The notes under the pieces: model-generated
The model's input: only the letters and a program-made list of their open reading frames with translations
Told to the model about the DNA's origin: nothing
The model's database searches: none
Shown: positions 1 to 16,537 of the stretch, in pieces
How the letters are laid out: every line of letters starts with the position of its first letter
How positions within the stretch are numbered: position 1 is the first letter of the stretch
Translations under genes and position numbers: made by a program
From: Dimorphilus gyrociliatus
Lineage: Eukaryota > Animalia > Annelida
Reading direction: 5' to 3'
DNA: 64,000 bases
NCBI GenBank assembly: GCA_904063045.1
Contig: CAJFCJ010000011.1
Span: 434,001 to 498,000, forward strand

Positions 1-246
1 AATTGTATTTTTTTGGTTTTTCTCAGTTTTTCAATTTAAAAAAATAACGTATTTTTATGACATAATAAAAAAATCATAATTTGTATCTCTAAAAAGCGGC
101 TACAGTCGTATTTTTGTACAAGTTCAAAAAAACAATTAATGAGCTCACCATTAAACCCAATCAAGACGTATAAAAGATTATAGAAAAAAATATGAAAAAA
201 GCAGAAGAACATTTTTTGAGTCTTTTTTTTATGTTTCTTCTATTCA

Positions 247-1518
247 TCAGCTTTTCGAATTTTCCGCATCGGAGAGATGATCTACTTTATCGTCGGAAAT
301 AGAAACATTTGTTGTATCTGTCTTTTTTGGTTGATAATCGATAAACATAACCGTTACGCCATTTACAGTTATCTTCGTTCTGACAGCAGTTGATCTTATT
401 ACATTCTTATGCTTAGGCGGTCTCCTATGAAAAGAAGAAAGGAATTGTTAGAGAATGTCTTTTTAAGAGGCTTGGGATAGTTTATTTGGGCTATAGAAAC
501 AAACTTCAACCTTAAATGTGTTTCTCATTTATCACATGGAAATGGGGGCAATTTAAGTTCTATTGCAATAGGCAAGAGCAATACAAAAATATGAAAGGGA
601 ATGCACCTAGGGGTATATATCGTTTAAATGCTAACATAAAAAGAGTAATGTACCGTCAAATTTGTTCTGAGCACTGACAAACTGTCATAAAAGTGGGCAA
701 TAAAAAAAATACTATAAATTTTACTCGTGGAAGAATATTTTATATATTCTGTCCAAACTTTTGTGCCTTTTTTGCTTCTATTTTTTAATATTCTATCTAC
801 AAATAATATCAAACAGTTACTCACTTGCTTTTTGTTCTGGGATTTTTCTGAAAAGAAAAATTTCGTTTGAAGAGACAAGATTGTGTGGTAGGTTCAGGAG
901 GTTCCTGTTCCTGTTCCGGTTCCGGTTCTGGTGCGTTTTCCTCGACTTCATATGAACGATCCGTGTTTGGTACTTCCGCACTCGGTGAGGGACTAATACT
1001 ATTATATCCTGCTGGACTAGTAGTAATTTGAGGTTTTTCCACTGATTTAGGTCTTCTTCTCTTGGCTTTGGTGGACGCTACCGAGAATTCCTGAGATATG
1101 CCGACACTTGCGGGTTTTCTGAAAGTTTTTTTATATACATTTACTTATTACTCATGTTTGTTTAGTAATTTACCACGATATAACCTTTTAAAGAAGATTG
1201 TAACACTTGTATAAAAAGTAAGAAAAGGAATTTTTGTCACCTATAGTTATAATATTGTCTCTATTGCTATAACTTTTAAAAAACTTACCTTGTGCTGGTG
1301 CCCTTTTTCGTTTCACACATTTGGCAGGCGAAGGATTCACTAGGATTTTCAAATGTACACATTGTACATTCCCAAGTTTCCTCAGCTGTCTGTTTAGCTC
1401 GTTTTCGACTAGAAAACAATTATATACATAGTTAAACAATCACAAATCACAATATACTGCTGTCAACATTGTTATTGTTAGTTATTTTAACAATTACCAA
1501 CCCTTTTTTCGTTTCCAT
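247..1518 (-). CDS. RYBP: RYBP/YAF2-family Polycomb (non-canonical PRC1) subunit, 4 exons
   Basis: Spliced N-terminus METKKGRKRAKQTAEETWECTMCTFENPSESFACQMCETKKGTSTRK is a RanBP2-type zinc finger; it lies in a different frame from the 1188..1439 ORF-track entry. Last exon RPPKHKNVIRSTAVRTKITVNGVTVMFIDYQPK matches the YAF2/RYBP C-terminal motif. GT-AG phases are consistent and the stop TGA is at 247-249. Confidence 0.88.
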
Positions 1519-1770
1519 AACGATCTTAGGGCGAAAAACAGCAAGAATATATAAAAACTATGAGAAGACAATGAAAGAAACCTCTGGTCACGTGATAACT
1601 GATATCCAATAGACTTCCAGAAGTTCAGCTTAGAATATTCTATTTCCGCTTCCGCAGTGCGGTCTAACTCGAATGAAACGAGATTTTAATTCGGTAACTA
1701 ATTAAATTCTTGTTGATTCTTAATGTTTTTATTTGAACTAATAATTTTTTTGTAATTATTAAAAGAAAAA

Positions 1771-4980
<3,210 letters not shown>

Positions 4981-5247
4981 ATGAATATAAATAAAGTTAT
5001 ATATACTTTGAAAGTTTAATGATCTTGAAAGTAATATTTCTGTCTTCTGTCTTCTTTGGGAATGAGATATTTTTTATTCCTTAAAAGACAACAAACTTAA
5101 AAATAGGCTGATCTCGATGAAGAATGTAATGGTAGGATAAACAATTTGCAGCTGAAGAACAAATGGATAGAGTGTAGAGAAGCCTTCTCCCCAACAATTT
5201 CAAATCCTTTTATCTTTTTAGAATGTAGCGTAGTTGAAGAAGTCGAA

Positions 5248-5350
5248 GAGAAAATGAGAGAGCCAGTAAGAGTGAGGGAGAGAGAGAACAAGAGAGTGAG
5301 GGAGAGCGGAAGAGAGAGAGAGAGAGAAAATGAGAGAGCCAGGGGTGGGG
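5248..5350 (+). repeat. GA-rich low-complexity tract with internal direct repeats, upstream of SGK
   Basis: gagaaaatgagagagcca occurs at 5248-5265 and 5324-5341, agagtgagggagag occurs twice, and there is a (GA)n run. Confidence 0.85.
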
Positions 5351-5707
5351 GATAGAGAAAAGTCGATTAACGCAGGTTTCAGCGCCGCTGACGATAAGGA
5401 CACTGCTACTCGTTTTTCAACTGGTCGCTTATCGGTTTTGACCGATTGTGATACAAAGTTTATACGAAGACGATCAAAAAAATAGGATTACATCAAATAG
5501 GTCTCAATCTCATGACATCTTATGTCCTCTTTCCAGCATTTACAAGAAAGTTAATGGATCATAATAGTTTTTTTTTATATAAATCACGTAGATATCGTGG
5601 AAATCTATTGATATTCCATTTAATTAAACTTCATTAATTATAATTTATGAAGAGTTCGATACTATAAAAGTCTCTCTATATATACCTATGCATGTACACA
5701 GACACAC

Positions 5708-5711
<4 letters not shown>

Positions 5712-5741
<30 letters not shown>
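5712..5741. repeat. (TA)n microsatellite
   Basis: Uninterrupted TA dinucleotide run. Similar shorter runs lie near 3617, 4192, 48967 and 60697. Confidence 0.9.
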
Positions 5742-5744
<3 letters not shown>

Positions 5745-7643
5745 TATTAGTATATCAAGATAATTATATATGTTATACTATAAAAAGTGGAAGGTGGAAT
5801 ATTATTTGTATGTTATCTATGATAGTTCTTCAATAATTTGTATAATTTATAGGAAGAAACCTTTTTTTTTCTTATCTAGGCGGAGTAATCCGATCAATAT
5901 ATGCAATTCTGTTTATTGTTTCTATCAGTTTTAAAATGTGAGCGAATATAACACAATTGGCCTATTAAAATTGTTAATAAACTTAAAAACAAAAAGTTTT
6001 TGTTTTTTTTTTAAAAAACAACTTGAAACAAGCAGTCAAAGATAATTAATTTTTTTATTACTTCTGATAATCTGTTGAAAAAAAATCTTAGGCCTACGAG
6101 ATAAATACATAAAATAGATAATACAAAAAAAAATTATCTTTATTATGTGAAAAAAGGAATATATTCGGTTGAAATTCGTCTGATATCACGAAGTGGGTGT
6201 TGTTTTAAGTTTAAATTCTGTTTGTAAATCTTGAATTGTGAGTTCAGCAGCGTGTAAAATGAATTGTTAAAAGAACGGAAAATGCACACTGAGCTAAAAT
6301 AAGACTAGACGATCTTTCAGGCAGAGAAACAGCCCAGTCATTTCCTTACTTAGGTTTAATAATGAGTCAATGGTGAATGGGAATTTTTCTTATGCCATTA
6401 TATTAAAAACTTAAGGAAGCAAAAATGAATTGACATTGGACGTAGTCTAGAAGAACGTCTAATGCTCTATGAATGAGAGGTGGTTAAACGAAAGCGTCTA
6501 ACATGTAGAGTTAATTGATGATTTTTAGCAAACACCATAGCGTTGCTTTTTAGTTTATAAAAAACGAATTAAGCCCGACCTTTTTAGTGAAACCTTCTCG
6601 GTATAATGATTCACAAGTTAAAATAGTTTCATTAACCATTCTAGGTCAACTAGAAAGTATTGAAACATAAGTCAAACCTAAACTTTTATTATTTTTTATA
6701 TAATAGTAATTTGTTTGTGAAATGTCCAAGTGGTATTCTGAAGATATGAAAATGGCTATCATAAGACGCGATTTGATATCAAAAGCAGTACTACTGTCTT
6801 TTATATAGTATTTAAGTCTAATGGATTCTGGTTTCTTTTCCTTCCTTTCCTGTTCTTTTCTTCTAACTTTGTAGAGCTCTTTCAAAAGATGGCCAAATCA
6901 GACATCTTTAGAAAAAATATGATCTTTTCTATCGTTATTATTTTTTATTATAATTCTAAGACTTTATTCATTTTTTAATTTCTTAATACTCTACATCATG
7001 TTCTTGACCTAATTAGTTTAGTTAATTTTACAAAATTTGCCTTCTTTTCTTGAAGGACGCTTGAGAAACTCTTCGAGTGGAAGATTCTTATTGTCTTTAT
7101 ATAAAGAAAGTTTAAGTTTGAAAATACTATCTGCTAACAATTTATTTATTAAAAAGTAGCACACTTTCTAATAGTAAAATTTAAGGTTATTGCAAAACAT
7201 AGAATGAATATAAGACATTTAAATTGTATAAAGACACATTTTAACTTTATTTTATATTTTACCAGATAAAATAAATATTTTTTTAAGAGAATGATTGATT
7301 GATTTAGCCGGAAAATGTTAACCTATTGAACTACGACCTCATCTAATCGGGCCTCCATGAGAATGTCTTTGAAAATACGATCGTTAACTCTCAGATATCT
7401 TTACCCGGTAGGTGGAGTTTCGCAATCTATATAAGAACTAATGCAATGTTATTGTAAAGTTTTTATATCTATCTACTTAAAAATGAAAACCCTATCATTT
7501 ATTCGAATTAACAGAAGAGGGAATATTTATTTTTATAACTTCTTTTAAATATTCTAATTTCAATAGATTAAAGCATTAAAAATTTAAAATTAAATAATTG
7601 AAACCAGTTTTCGCTTGACAACTTTTCCGTTTTGGTTAAATGT

Positions 7644-7653
7644 AAAATGGCGG
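7644..7653 (+). promoter_or_regulatory. YY1-like promoter motif upstream of the AlkD-like gene
   Basis: AAAATGGCGG about 60 nt before the predicted ATG at 7715; matches the known YY1 consensus AANATGGCG. Confidence 0.45.
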
Positions 7654-7714
7654 TTGGAGGAAAATCATATAATTGAAATTAAATTTACTATCAATTTAAT
7701 CAATGCTTCTAAGA

Positions 7715-8858
7715 ATGGCAAGCGTTAGCCCAAAAATATTAAGAAAAGTTCCCACTTCCAGGAACGTGTCTAAATCTTCTAAGGTGATAAAATTAGTAAA
7801 AAAAACAAGTTTAGTACGTTTATTGTTTACTACAGGTTAGAGCCACTAGAAAGAGTAAAAGAACAAGTTCAGAACACGAAGTGTATGAAAAAGCTATTAA
7901 GCAGAAAAAAAATGTATATAGAAAAGAGTAAATTCAATCTTGTATTTCAATAGAAAGAATTAAGAATCTTTTTTGTAGGATAAATCTTGTCCAGAAGATT
8001 TTATCAAAGTTTTAAAAGGAGTTTTTAAACAAAATGGAGAAGCCAAAAAAAAAGATTTTATGCAAAAGTATATGAAAGAAAAATTTCCCGTATACGGATT
8101 ATACGCACCAGAAAGACGTCAATTGCAAAAAGAAGTATACTTTTATAAGCATGAATTAATAAGATGCAATTTTAAATTGGTACTTGTATTTGCATTCAGT
8201 TCATGATCGAGCCCGATGACAGAAATGAAATGTACGAAGTTCTTAAACTCTGTTGGAATGACGACTACAGAGAAATACAATATTTCGGTATCGATTATGC
8301 AGTTAAATTTCTAAAAATATTTAGTGGAGTAAATGCCTCAGAGGGTGAGGAATCTCTGAAGTTGTGCTATTTTTTAATTTCAACCAAATCCTGGTGGGAT
8401 ACTGTTGATTTACTTTCATCCAAAGGTAGATAGGGTAGTAGCTATATATTGCCAAAATATATGTCATCTTTTGTTTCATTATATAGTTGTCGGCCATTTA
8501 GTTAAGACTTATCCCAATCTTCAACCAACGATGGATGAATGGTGTGAAGACGAAAATATGTGGATAAGAAGAGCGTCTATATTGTATCAACTTAATTATA
8601 ATAAAAATACTGACTCGGAAATTCTATTCAGGTATATAACACAATTCTATGACAAAAGAACGAAAGGATATTCCAATATATTATAGGTACTGCAAAACGC
8701 TTGCTAATGAGAAAGATTTCTTTATAAGAAAAGCCTTAGGCTGGGCATTAAGGAACTATGGACGATTTCAAGGGAAAATTGTTAAGAACTTTGTAACAGA
8801 AAATCAAGATATTCTATCTAATTTAACGATAAAAGAAGCCCTTAAGAATATCAAATGA
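7715..8858 (+). CDS. alkD: AlkD-family (HEAT-like repeat) DNA alkylation repair glycosylase, 6 exons
   Basis: Five phase-consistent GT-AG introns (7784-7835, 7914-7978, 8135-8199, 8426-8486, 8632-8686). The spliced protein contains QKYMKEKFPVYGLYAPERRQL, YREIQY, TKSWWDTVD, NMWIRRASILYQLNY and EKDFFIRKALGWALRNY, the signature motifs of bacterial AlkD. Confidence 0.9.
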
Positions 8859-10222
8859 AATATTTTATTGGCACTTATTAAATCATTCAGTTTTTAATAC
8901 TTTATCAATTTTACGTAAAAATAAACAAGTTACTTAACAACGCAGTAGATTAACTTTTTATGTATACAGTATTAGTGTGTATTGCAGTTATATAAAAGCA
9001 ACGATAAATAAACAAGGAATAAAAACTTAATGGAAGATGAGTTAAATATATTAAGGCAGAGTTAATTGTGACTGTACCGGCCCATAGTTTGCAATTAACA
9101 ATTAATTCCGGCTTTTAACTGACTAATGTAACTTAAAAGGTGAAACTAATAGAAAAACCTGTTTAAAAACTCTGTTCTAACCTTTCAATAAGCACTTTGT
9201 ATAATATAGCTTATTAACTGACTTTTTTTGAGATATTGATAGCTTGTTTAGAGTCTAATAGGAGGGTCGATTCATACAGAATTATTGACGCTTTAAAAAA
9301 AATAGACTGGGAAAGAAAGCTCTTATGAGAAATTGATAGGCCTTAGCAGACCTATTCTTTAACTGACACTAATCAGTATTATTAATCTAGATTAACCAAC
9401 GGTACAAAAGACTTTATCACTCGCAAGTAATTCGAAATGAAAAATTTATCAAATATACACAGTTTATGTTGTGTTTATACATAAAACATGCATATTTTAT
9501 ATATTGAATATAATAATATATAATAAATTAATTTTATATAGTATAGTAAAATTTCATTAACAATCACAAAGAATAACATAGGCATTGTTTATTTTCTGCA
9601 TGAGTATGTATAAAAGTAAAACGAAAAACATGGACGGAAATATAAACATAGCATCATGGAAAAAAAGTAAAATAAATACAAAATATATATAAATATATAT
9701 GATAAAAAGTGGACAACAAATTAAAGTAGAAAGATTTTGGAATTATCACGGTAAGTTTATGAGTCTTTTTTTTTTAAATTGTCTCTTTTATCTATTACAT
9801 TACAAAAATAACATAAAAACAAGATATTTTAGGGCGAGATTTACGGAAGGAATGAGGAGAGTAGGAAGAAGTATAATTAAAGGTAGAGTGTTAGAAGATT
9901 TAGAGAAAAAACTATTATTACAGTCATTGTTGGCTTTTTTTTGTTTTTTGTAGAGTTCAGTAAGTGTTGAGAATTTTACTAGAAATATATTTAAAGTTGA
10001 ATTTAATTCTAATAAATTAACGATTCTCCAATGTCGGCATATTTCGTAAGTTTTCCAGTTTTTTCTCTCTTTCTCATTATTTCCACTTTCTACCCTATTG
10101 ATCTTCGAACCCCTGCTTGTAAACATTTCCTCACATTTTTACTTCTCATAATTTGAGAGCCGAATTTAAAAAAAATAGTCTTAGGGGGGCTTAAGGAAAG
10201 ATAGTAATTTTTCCAGCACCGT

Positions 10223-13200
10223 CTATTTACCCGATGGTATGGATTTTTTGCGGCCACTTGTTGTCGCACCAATATTTCCATGCATACTTCCGGTACTAAC
10301 TCGCCTGTCTCGATCTTTAACGTTGCTGATGCCAGTTTCTAGACTTGATCCTGTACCGGAACCTCTTCTTGAACTAGTTGACGAATTAGTACTTTGAAAT
10401 GATACTCTTGAACCAGTAGCTGCTGGACGAATTCCGCCAGTAACTCTTGATCCTCCTTTTCCTGCACTACGTTTGTCCTGTTTATTTGTATTTTGCTTAT
10501 TCTTGGCATTAGCCGATTCTTTGCGAGATGCTTTTTCTTCCTGCTGCCTTTCCAATGCTTCCGCCTCTGCCTGAGAAATACGAATAATGCTTATTTAAAA
10601 GACACTAATTTAAAGCCTATTATATATGTGCGAACATACATTTATTTTCCTTTATATCTAACGTGTGACGATTGCATTTTATTGAAGAATAAAAAGTGAG
10701 AATAACGAAGAAAATTGAAAAATTTATTAATATTTGTGAAAGATTCTCCCGCTTTATAATGGGCGAATCATAGAAAAATCTTATCATTTTAGTGTTAGTT
10801 CACTTGTAGGAGGGCTATTTGCTGAAGGTTTTTTGCTTAGTAGAATTACGAAGTAAATAGGATAATAGAGATTTAATTTTAAATATCGTATAAACCCATA
10901 GAAAAGATATAAAATAGTTTTCACTTACCACTTCCAATATTTTCCTCTCCTCCTCTTCTTTCTTAGAATCAGCAGCTTCTAGAGATCCTTTAGGTGTTCT
11001 TTTTGTTAAACTTTCCATTACTGGTTTAGTTCTATCTAATATAATCACAATATTATTTATGGAAGCCACGACATCTTCATCAGAGTCCGACTGTAATTTT
11101 CGAACAACGCTTTCCAGTTGAGATAAAAGAGGCCTATCAGCTGGCAGACTTAATTGTGATTTAACAGCTGGCAATAATTGACAAACTTTCATACGTATAT
11201 TAGGTACCGAATCGCTACATTTAAGTAAAATTTCATCTATCAAGGAATGTTGACGGAAGAACAATCTGCTATACAATTGAAGAACATGATGGCAAACGTC
11301 GAGGAATAGAGCTCTTTTACGATAATTGTCACTTTTGGCCAAGTCGGTTTTTATTTTTCTATAATATTCTTCTTTCATTTCCAATTTTCGACTATACCTA
11401 AATGATAGAATAGAGATATAAATATCCTGTTTATAGTGATTATAATATTATTAATGTAAACAACAATCCAAATTCTCCGTAGCTTAATAATAAATATAAT
11501 TCTGGTGAAATTTACCTGTTGTTTATAGGGAATAGACCTATATAAATAGGATTACAGGCCTACGCTTTTATATTAAACTTAATAAATGTTCTGTTTAGTA
11601 GTAGTTCGATAAAAAGTACTTTCGATAGCTCAGCAACATGCTTGAACAAATAAATAGCACTATATTACTATCGATTATATCCTACAATATGTTTGTTTGT
11701 ATCTTTCGTTTTTTTCCAGGATTTAAGAAAAGGCATATTACAAACTAACAGCGTAGATTAAAGAAATATTTTTACCTTAAGAATATTAATAATGTTCGTG
11801 CAGTTTCAACCATAACTGGTAGAGCTCTATGAGAGAGAAGTTCCTTATATACAGCAGGGATTAACTTCGCACCGATTTGATCAGATGAGAATATTTTATG
11901 ACTGACTTCGCCCAATATTTTCATGTAATTCTGTTGACTCCTCCAATCGTGGCCGTTCATTAACGTTGTTAACGAATGAAAGGAAGCTGTCAGGACTTCC
12001 TGAGAATGGTCCCATTTTCCTCCTTCGCATCCCAGAGTGAGATAAATTTTAGGGCAATCTTTCATCAAACATTGTAAAACAGTTATATCGCTGTCCTGTT
12101 TATAAAAGTAAAGAAAAACTGCTATGCTTAATATTTTAAAAAGTGAAACTTTCGAATTACCTTCAGTAAATTTATAAAATCCAAGGTTAAAAGACTCTGA
12201 TAATTTGAAGGAAGTGCAGCCAGTATAGATCCTATACATTTTGCTGCTGCTTGTTTAACATATGGACTTGGATCATTGCATAAACTTCTATAGCAACTCA
12301 TCAATTCAGATTTATAAATTTGTCCTCCTAGTGCTTTTACCATCAGCGGCAAACTTTCCACACAGAAACGTCTACAGCATTCGCTAGGCGTTTCTAAACA
12401 TAGGCCCTCCAATCCGCCAAAGAGCTGTGGCTTCGGTGAATGCTTTGCATTGCATGGTAATTTTGAAAGACGTTTAAAAGCATCAATAAATAAGCGTTTT
12501 TCATCATCACATAGTTGAGAAGATAAGTAAAAAAGAAAGACTCCCAAATTTTTAGCCAAACCACCCACAATATTTACATCATCAGATTCTAACATTTTAG
12601 AACTGATTTGAAAAATTAAAGGATAAGCAGATATCTTTAAAGTTTCACTGTCTAGAAAAGGGAGTAATTTTCCAAAAGAATCTAGGGCAGCATTTCTGAC
12701 ATGACTCCTTTCATCCTTAGCCAACTCTAATAGCTCGGGGAAGATCATAATCTTTTTTAAAGATAATTATTTATTAATTTCATTTGATAAAATGTGCTTT
12801 GGTATTGTTTTATCAGTTGTTATGATATGATTATATAATATTAAAAAGGCTTTTTCAGCTATGTTATTTTACGTGGGTGTTCATCTAACATTCAATTTTA
12901 CTTATATTTTATTTACCTTTATATTTTCGGGACTTAGACGCTCGCCTATAACCGGAAGTTCCAAACACATTGTTTGCCTAACATCATGCTCGATATCTTG
13001 ACACAAAGATTGAATTAAGCGCCCCAATTGGGTTTTAATAGTATTTTGATCCAATTTCTTCGAAATTTTTCCAATAACTTTACAACAAGTGATCCGACTC
13101 GATACAGGTTTTGAGATGTCAGACTTCTTCTTAATAGGAGGTAAAACATCTTTTAAAAGAACGTCTATATTCAATACATCGATTGCAATTAGCAGAGTTT

Positions 13201-15776
13201 CGAGCCATATTTCAGTAATCTAAAAAAGTGTAATTTATTGTCTATTAAAAATCAAATAAATTTTCAAATTATATGCAAAAGCACGAAAAAATCATTTAAT
13301 CTATTTTTATAAAAACATTCTTAATGGAGAATTATATTCTATATTGGTTGACATACTGTTCGAAAAAAATGAGAAAGAAAACTAGAAGCGCTAAAAGTAA
13401 AATAAAAAAATATTTGATAAAACTTAAGTTTATATAAGAGAGAAAATAAGGGACAATGTGTATTTAGCATTGAAAAAAGTTTGATCCTTTAAAATACTTT
13501 TTTTTTTTGTAGTTGTAGTAGAAAGCAAGGGCAGAATATAGTTTTAACATATACACCTTTCAACTTGTCTAGTTCATTAGCCATAAATGTATTAATATTT
13601 TTTTAAGGTATAAATATTACAAGTAGATTGCATAAGGAGAAAAAAAATGCTTAGAAAAGCTATTAATGGTTTATATTCTAGATTTCTTTTAATATATTCC
13701 AACTAGCCTATTTATTTTACTATTTAATAAATAATCTATATTTCCCAAGAAAAAGTCTTTGCCTTAAGGGTGTAATGTTCACAATAATCTGTCACTTGAT
13801 CAAAATTTGATCACATCGATAGAAATTTGTATAGACTGAACTATGCAGTCTACTCTTTCGCTATTGAATGAAAAACAATTTATTTTGGCTGTAAAAAAAG
13901 GAATTTTGGACAATAATTCATTAATTACTCTCATCCTTCCCAAGATAATTAACTAATACGTAAATTTAAAATAAGGAAAAGTCAAAGAGTAATAACGAAA
14001 GAGAAACAAAGGGTATCTATACGGTAATAATAGACAAGAGGGAAGGGCAAAGCTAGGCGGGGACAAGAATAACTTTTAAAAGCCTTTAGTTTACATTTAC
14101 ACGGGTATATGTGATAGAACAGAAAAGAAAAAGAACTTCCATATATAACTTTTTTTCTTTTTTTAAAGTAAAAAAATGTTAACAAAAGGTCATTCTGAAG
14201 GTTGGACATTTTTAGTCGAATTATAAATATCTAAAATATTTTGTTTAAAATAACATTTTATAAAGAAATTAACATTAAAAAAAAGAATAGCTTTGCTTAT
14301 TCAGCTAAAAGATAAGAATTAAAAAAATATAAAATTTGATGATAACAATGTTTAAGTCTCATAAAATTGTCATAAAGATATCGTTTTAAAAAAAGGGAAA
14401 ATTACTATTAACAACGAAAATGGCAAAATTATTTTTTGTTTGACAAAAACGTATACTTACTTCTATTGTCTTGTTATCAAGTCCAATAAATACACAAGGT
14501 AAAATAGATTGAACCCATTGGCCATGACTTAAAATTTGTTTGGTAAGTAAAGTTTTAAAACAATTGGATGCAGTCATTTGTAATTCTTCATCACCGACAT
14601 GTAGCAACTCCTTAACTTTTGGAAAGACTCTTCTTTTACACTCTTCCGGTCGTTCTTGGAAAAGTGTTGGGAGAGATGATACAACACTAACCCTTTGTAA
14701 ATCATGGCCACTGCTCAGTAGATGAACTGCCCTTTCGATAGGAGATAAATTTTCATCAACTCCATATAATTTGTCTAATTCTTCCACAGACTGTTTCAAG
14801 AAAAAAAAAAGAGAGTTTCAAGATAAGATTTATACAATGGACTCTATAAAATCGATAAATTCGTTTGAAATAAATGGATAATATTTCTAAAATAGATATG
14901 TATGAAGTAATTTTCATTGTATGTTTATCTTATTACCGAATAATAAGCACTTAAGCTATTCCAGTAGTGATATATTAGTATTGAAATATCAATAATAATC
15001 ATAAAAGCAAAAAATTAACGATTAAAGCAGAACCTTTAATGGATTAATAAACTAATTTTTGTAAATCACATTAAAACAAATAGTTTTTATATCTGAAAAG
15101 TTTCTTAAATTTAAAAGTCATAATCTAGTTCTAAATGTTAATCACTCATAGATTTTACAATGTTCGATAAAGTGGCACCTAAAATAGTTTAAGTTGAATA
15201 GAAGGTAGATGCCTGACTGCTTTTCATTCAACTTATAGAGGCAATCATTATAATTATAAAAATTAATAAATTAAATAAACAGTCTTGTCTTACAAATTAG
15301 AAGGTCTGTACTTTGAAATAGTATAATCCACTTTAAATTATAAAATAATAGATTCTATTTAATTACACCGAGAATTTTTCTCCAACCCTTCTCTAATTTT
15401 AATACTAAAAAATGTATTTTTTTGTGAAAAAGATGTCAATTTATAAATCTTATGCTAACATAGATTTTTCTGGTATTTCTTTAATTCTATCAGGCACTAA
15501 GGGAAAACGTGCTCAGTATTTAAGTTGATCTGTACAAACTTGAAATTTCTTGCTCTACATAAAATCAACTGTTGCAAGTTTTATAACTCGACATTTAAAA
15601 TGTAACACATATATATCAATCTTCTTTGCATATATATATACAAAGATCTAAAGTTTTCCTAGTTCACCACTACCTTTTATGAAAAATAATTTACTTACTC
15701 GAACGGTGACTGCTGGTGTCTTTTCGTAAGCTAAATCACGGATATCAGGCAATTCATCTAACTCTCTAAACGACAT
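10223..15776 (-). CDS. PPP4R4: Serine/threonine protein phosphatase 4 regulatory subunit 4 (HEAT repeat), multi-exon
   Basis: DENLSPIERAVHLLSSGHDLQRVSVV, SRITCCKVIGKISKKLD..IQSLCQDIEHDVRQTMC and RALFLDVCHHVLQLYSRLFF..CSDSVPNIRMKVCQLLP match PPP4R4. First exon MSFRELDELPDIRDLAYEKTPAVTVR starts at 15776. The 3' end is approximate because a further small exon is possible. Confidence 0.9.
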
Positions 15777-16537
15777 GTCGCATTGTTTTTCATAAAAATT
15801 TACATTAAATCATTAATTTATATCGATCTTTCAAGTTCAACTCGATTAGCAAGTCATAAAACGGATTAGTAAACAAATAAAAACAGGCGGCTAACACTAA
15901 GCCGCCATATTTTTTTATGCGAGATCTCGTGAGAATTTCAAGTTCTGACATGACCTCAATTAGTAAACATGAGTTATTTCGGTGAAAATGGACTAGTTAT
16001 TCGCTTTAAGGACGATATAAGAGATTATCAAAACAAATTCGTCAGACGCATAACATTTATATTAGGTCATAATCAATTAATGGTATTACGCAACAAATTC
16101 CATTGATATTTCTTAGAAATTTCAACTATGAAAACCCCCGTATAAGATGTATAATGAAAGTAAAGATATTTTAGTTTAAGATCTTGAAAAACTAAATTGA
16201 GCATTATGTTGACGTTGTCTTGGGTGAAAGAGAGCAAAGCTTTTATTATCTCTCCCGTTATGATTGGTTTCCTGTTTTAGTCTTAAAAAAACACAAGTTT
16301 CTAAAGTATATTTATTATTAATTTAAATTTTTTTGTTAAGGAAATTCCGACTAATTATTTGTTTGTTTTTAAATTAAAAGAATACTTTTTTTCGTTTACA
16401 AAGAACGCAAAAGACTGAACTGAAAAAAGAAATGAAATTTTTTATTTATACATAAACGACTGACATTAAATTTATTCGCTCCCACCTAAATGAAAAATAA
16501 TTAAACATCTGTTAAAACATTTATTAAATGACAAAAT

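Noticed and set aside
1188-1439. ORF-track protein MFNYVYNC..PAKCVKRKRAPAQ
   Set aside because: Wrong frame of the RYBP zinc-finger exon; the alternative frame gives the conserved WECTMC..CQMC motif.
5097-5403. ORFs over the GA-rich tract (RVRERENKRVRE.., SLSLSS..)
   Set aside because: Translation artefacts of a purine-rich repeat upstream of SGK.
7715-8858. Bacterial contamination as the source of the AlkD gene
   Set aside because: It has five phase-consistent spliceosomal introns of the same size class as its neighbours, similar AT content, and lies between SGK and PPP4R4.
15886-15907. GGCGGCT-N7-AGCCGCC hairpin upstream of PPP4R4
   Set aside because: Only a 7-bp stem; better explained as promoter motifs (overlaps a YY1-like GCCGCCAT) than as a structured RNA or terminator.
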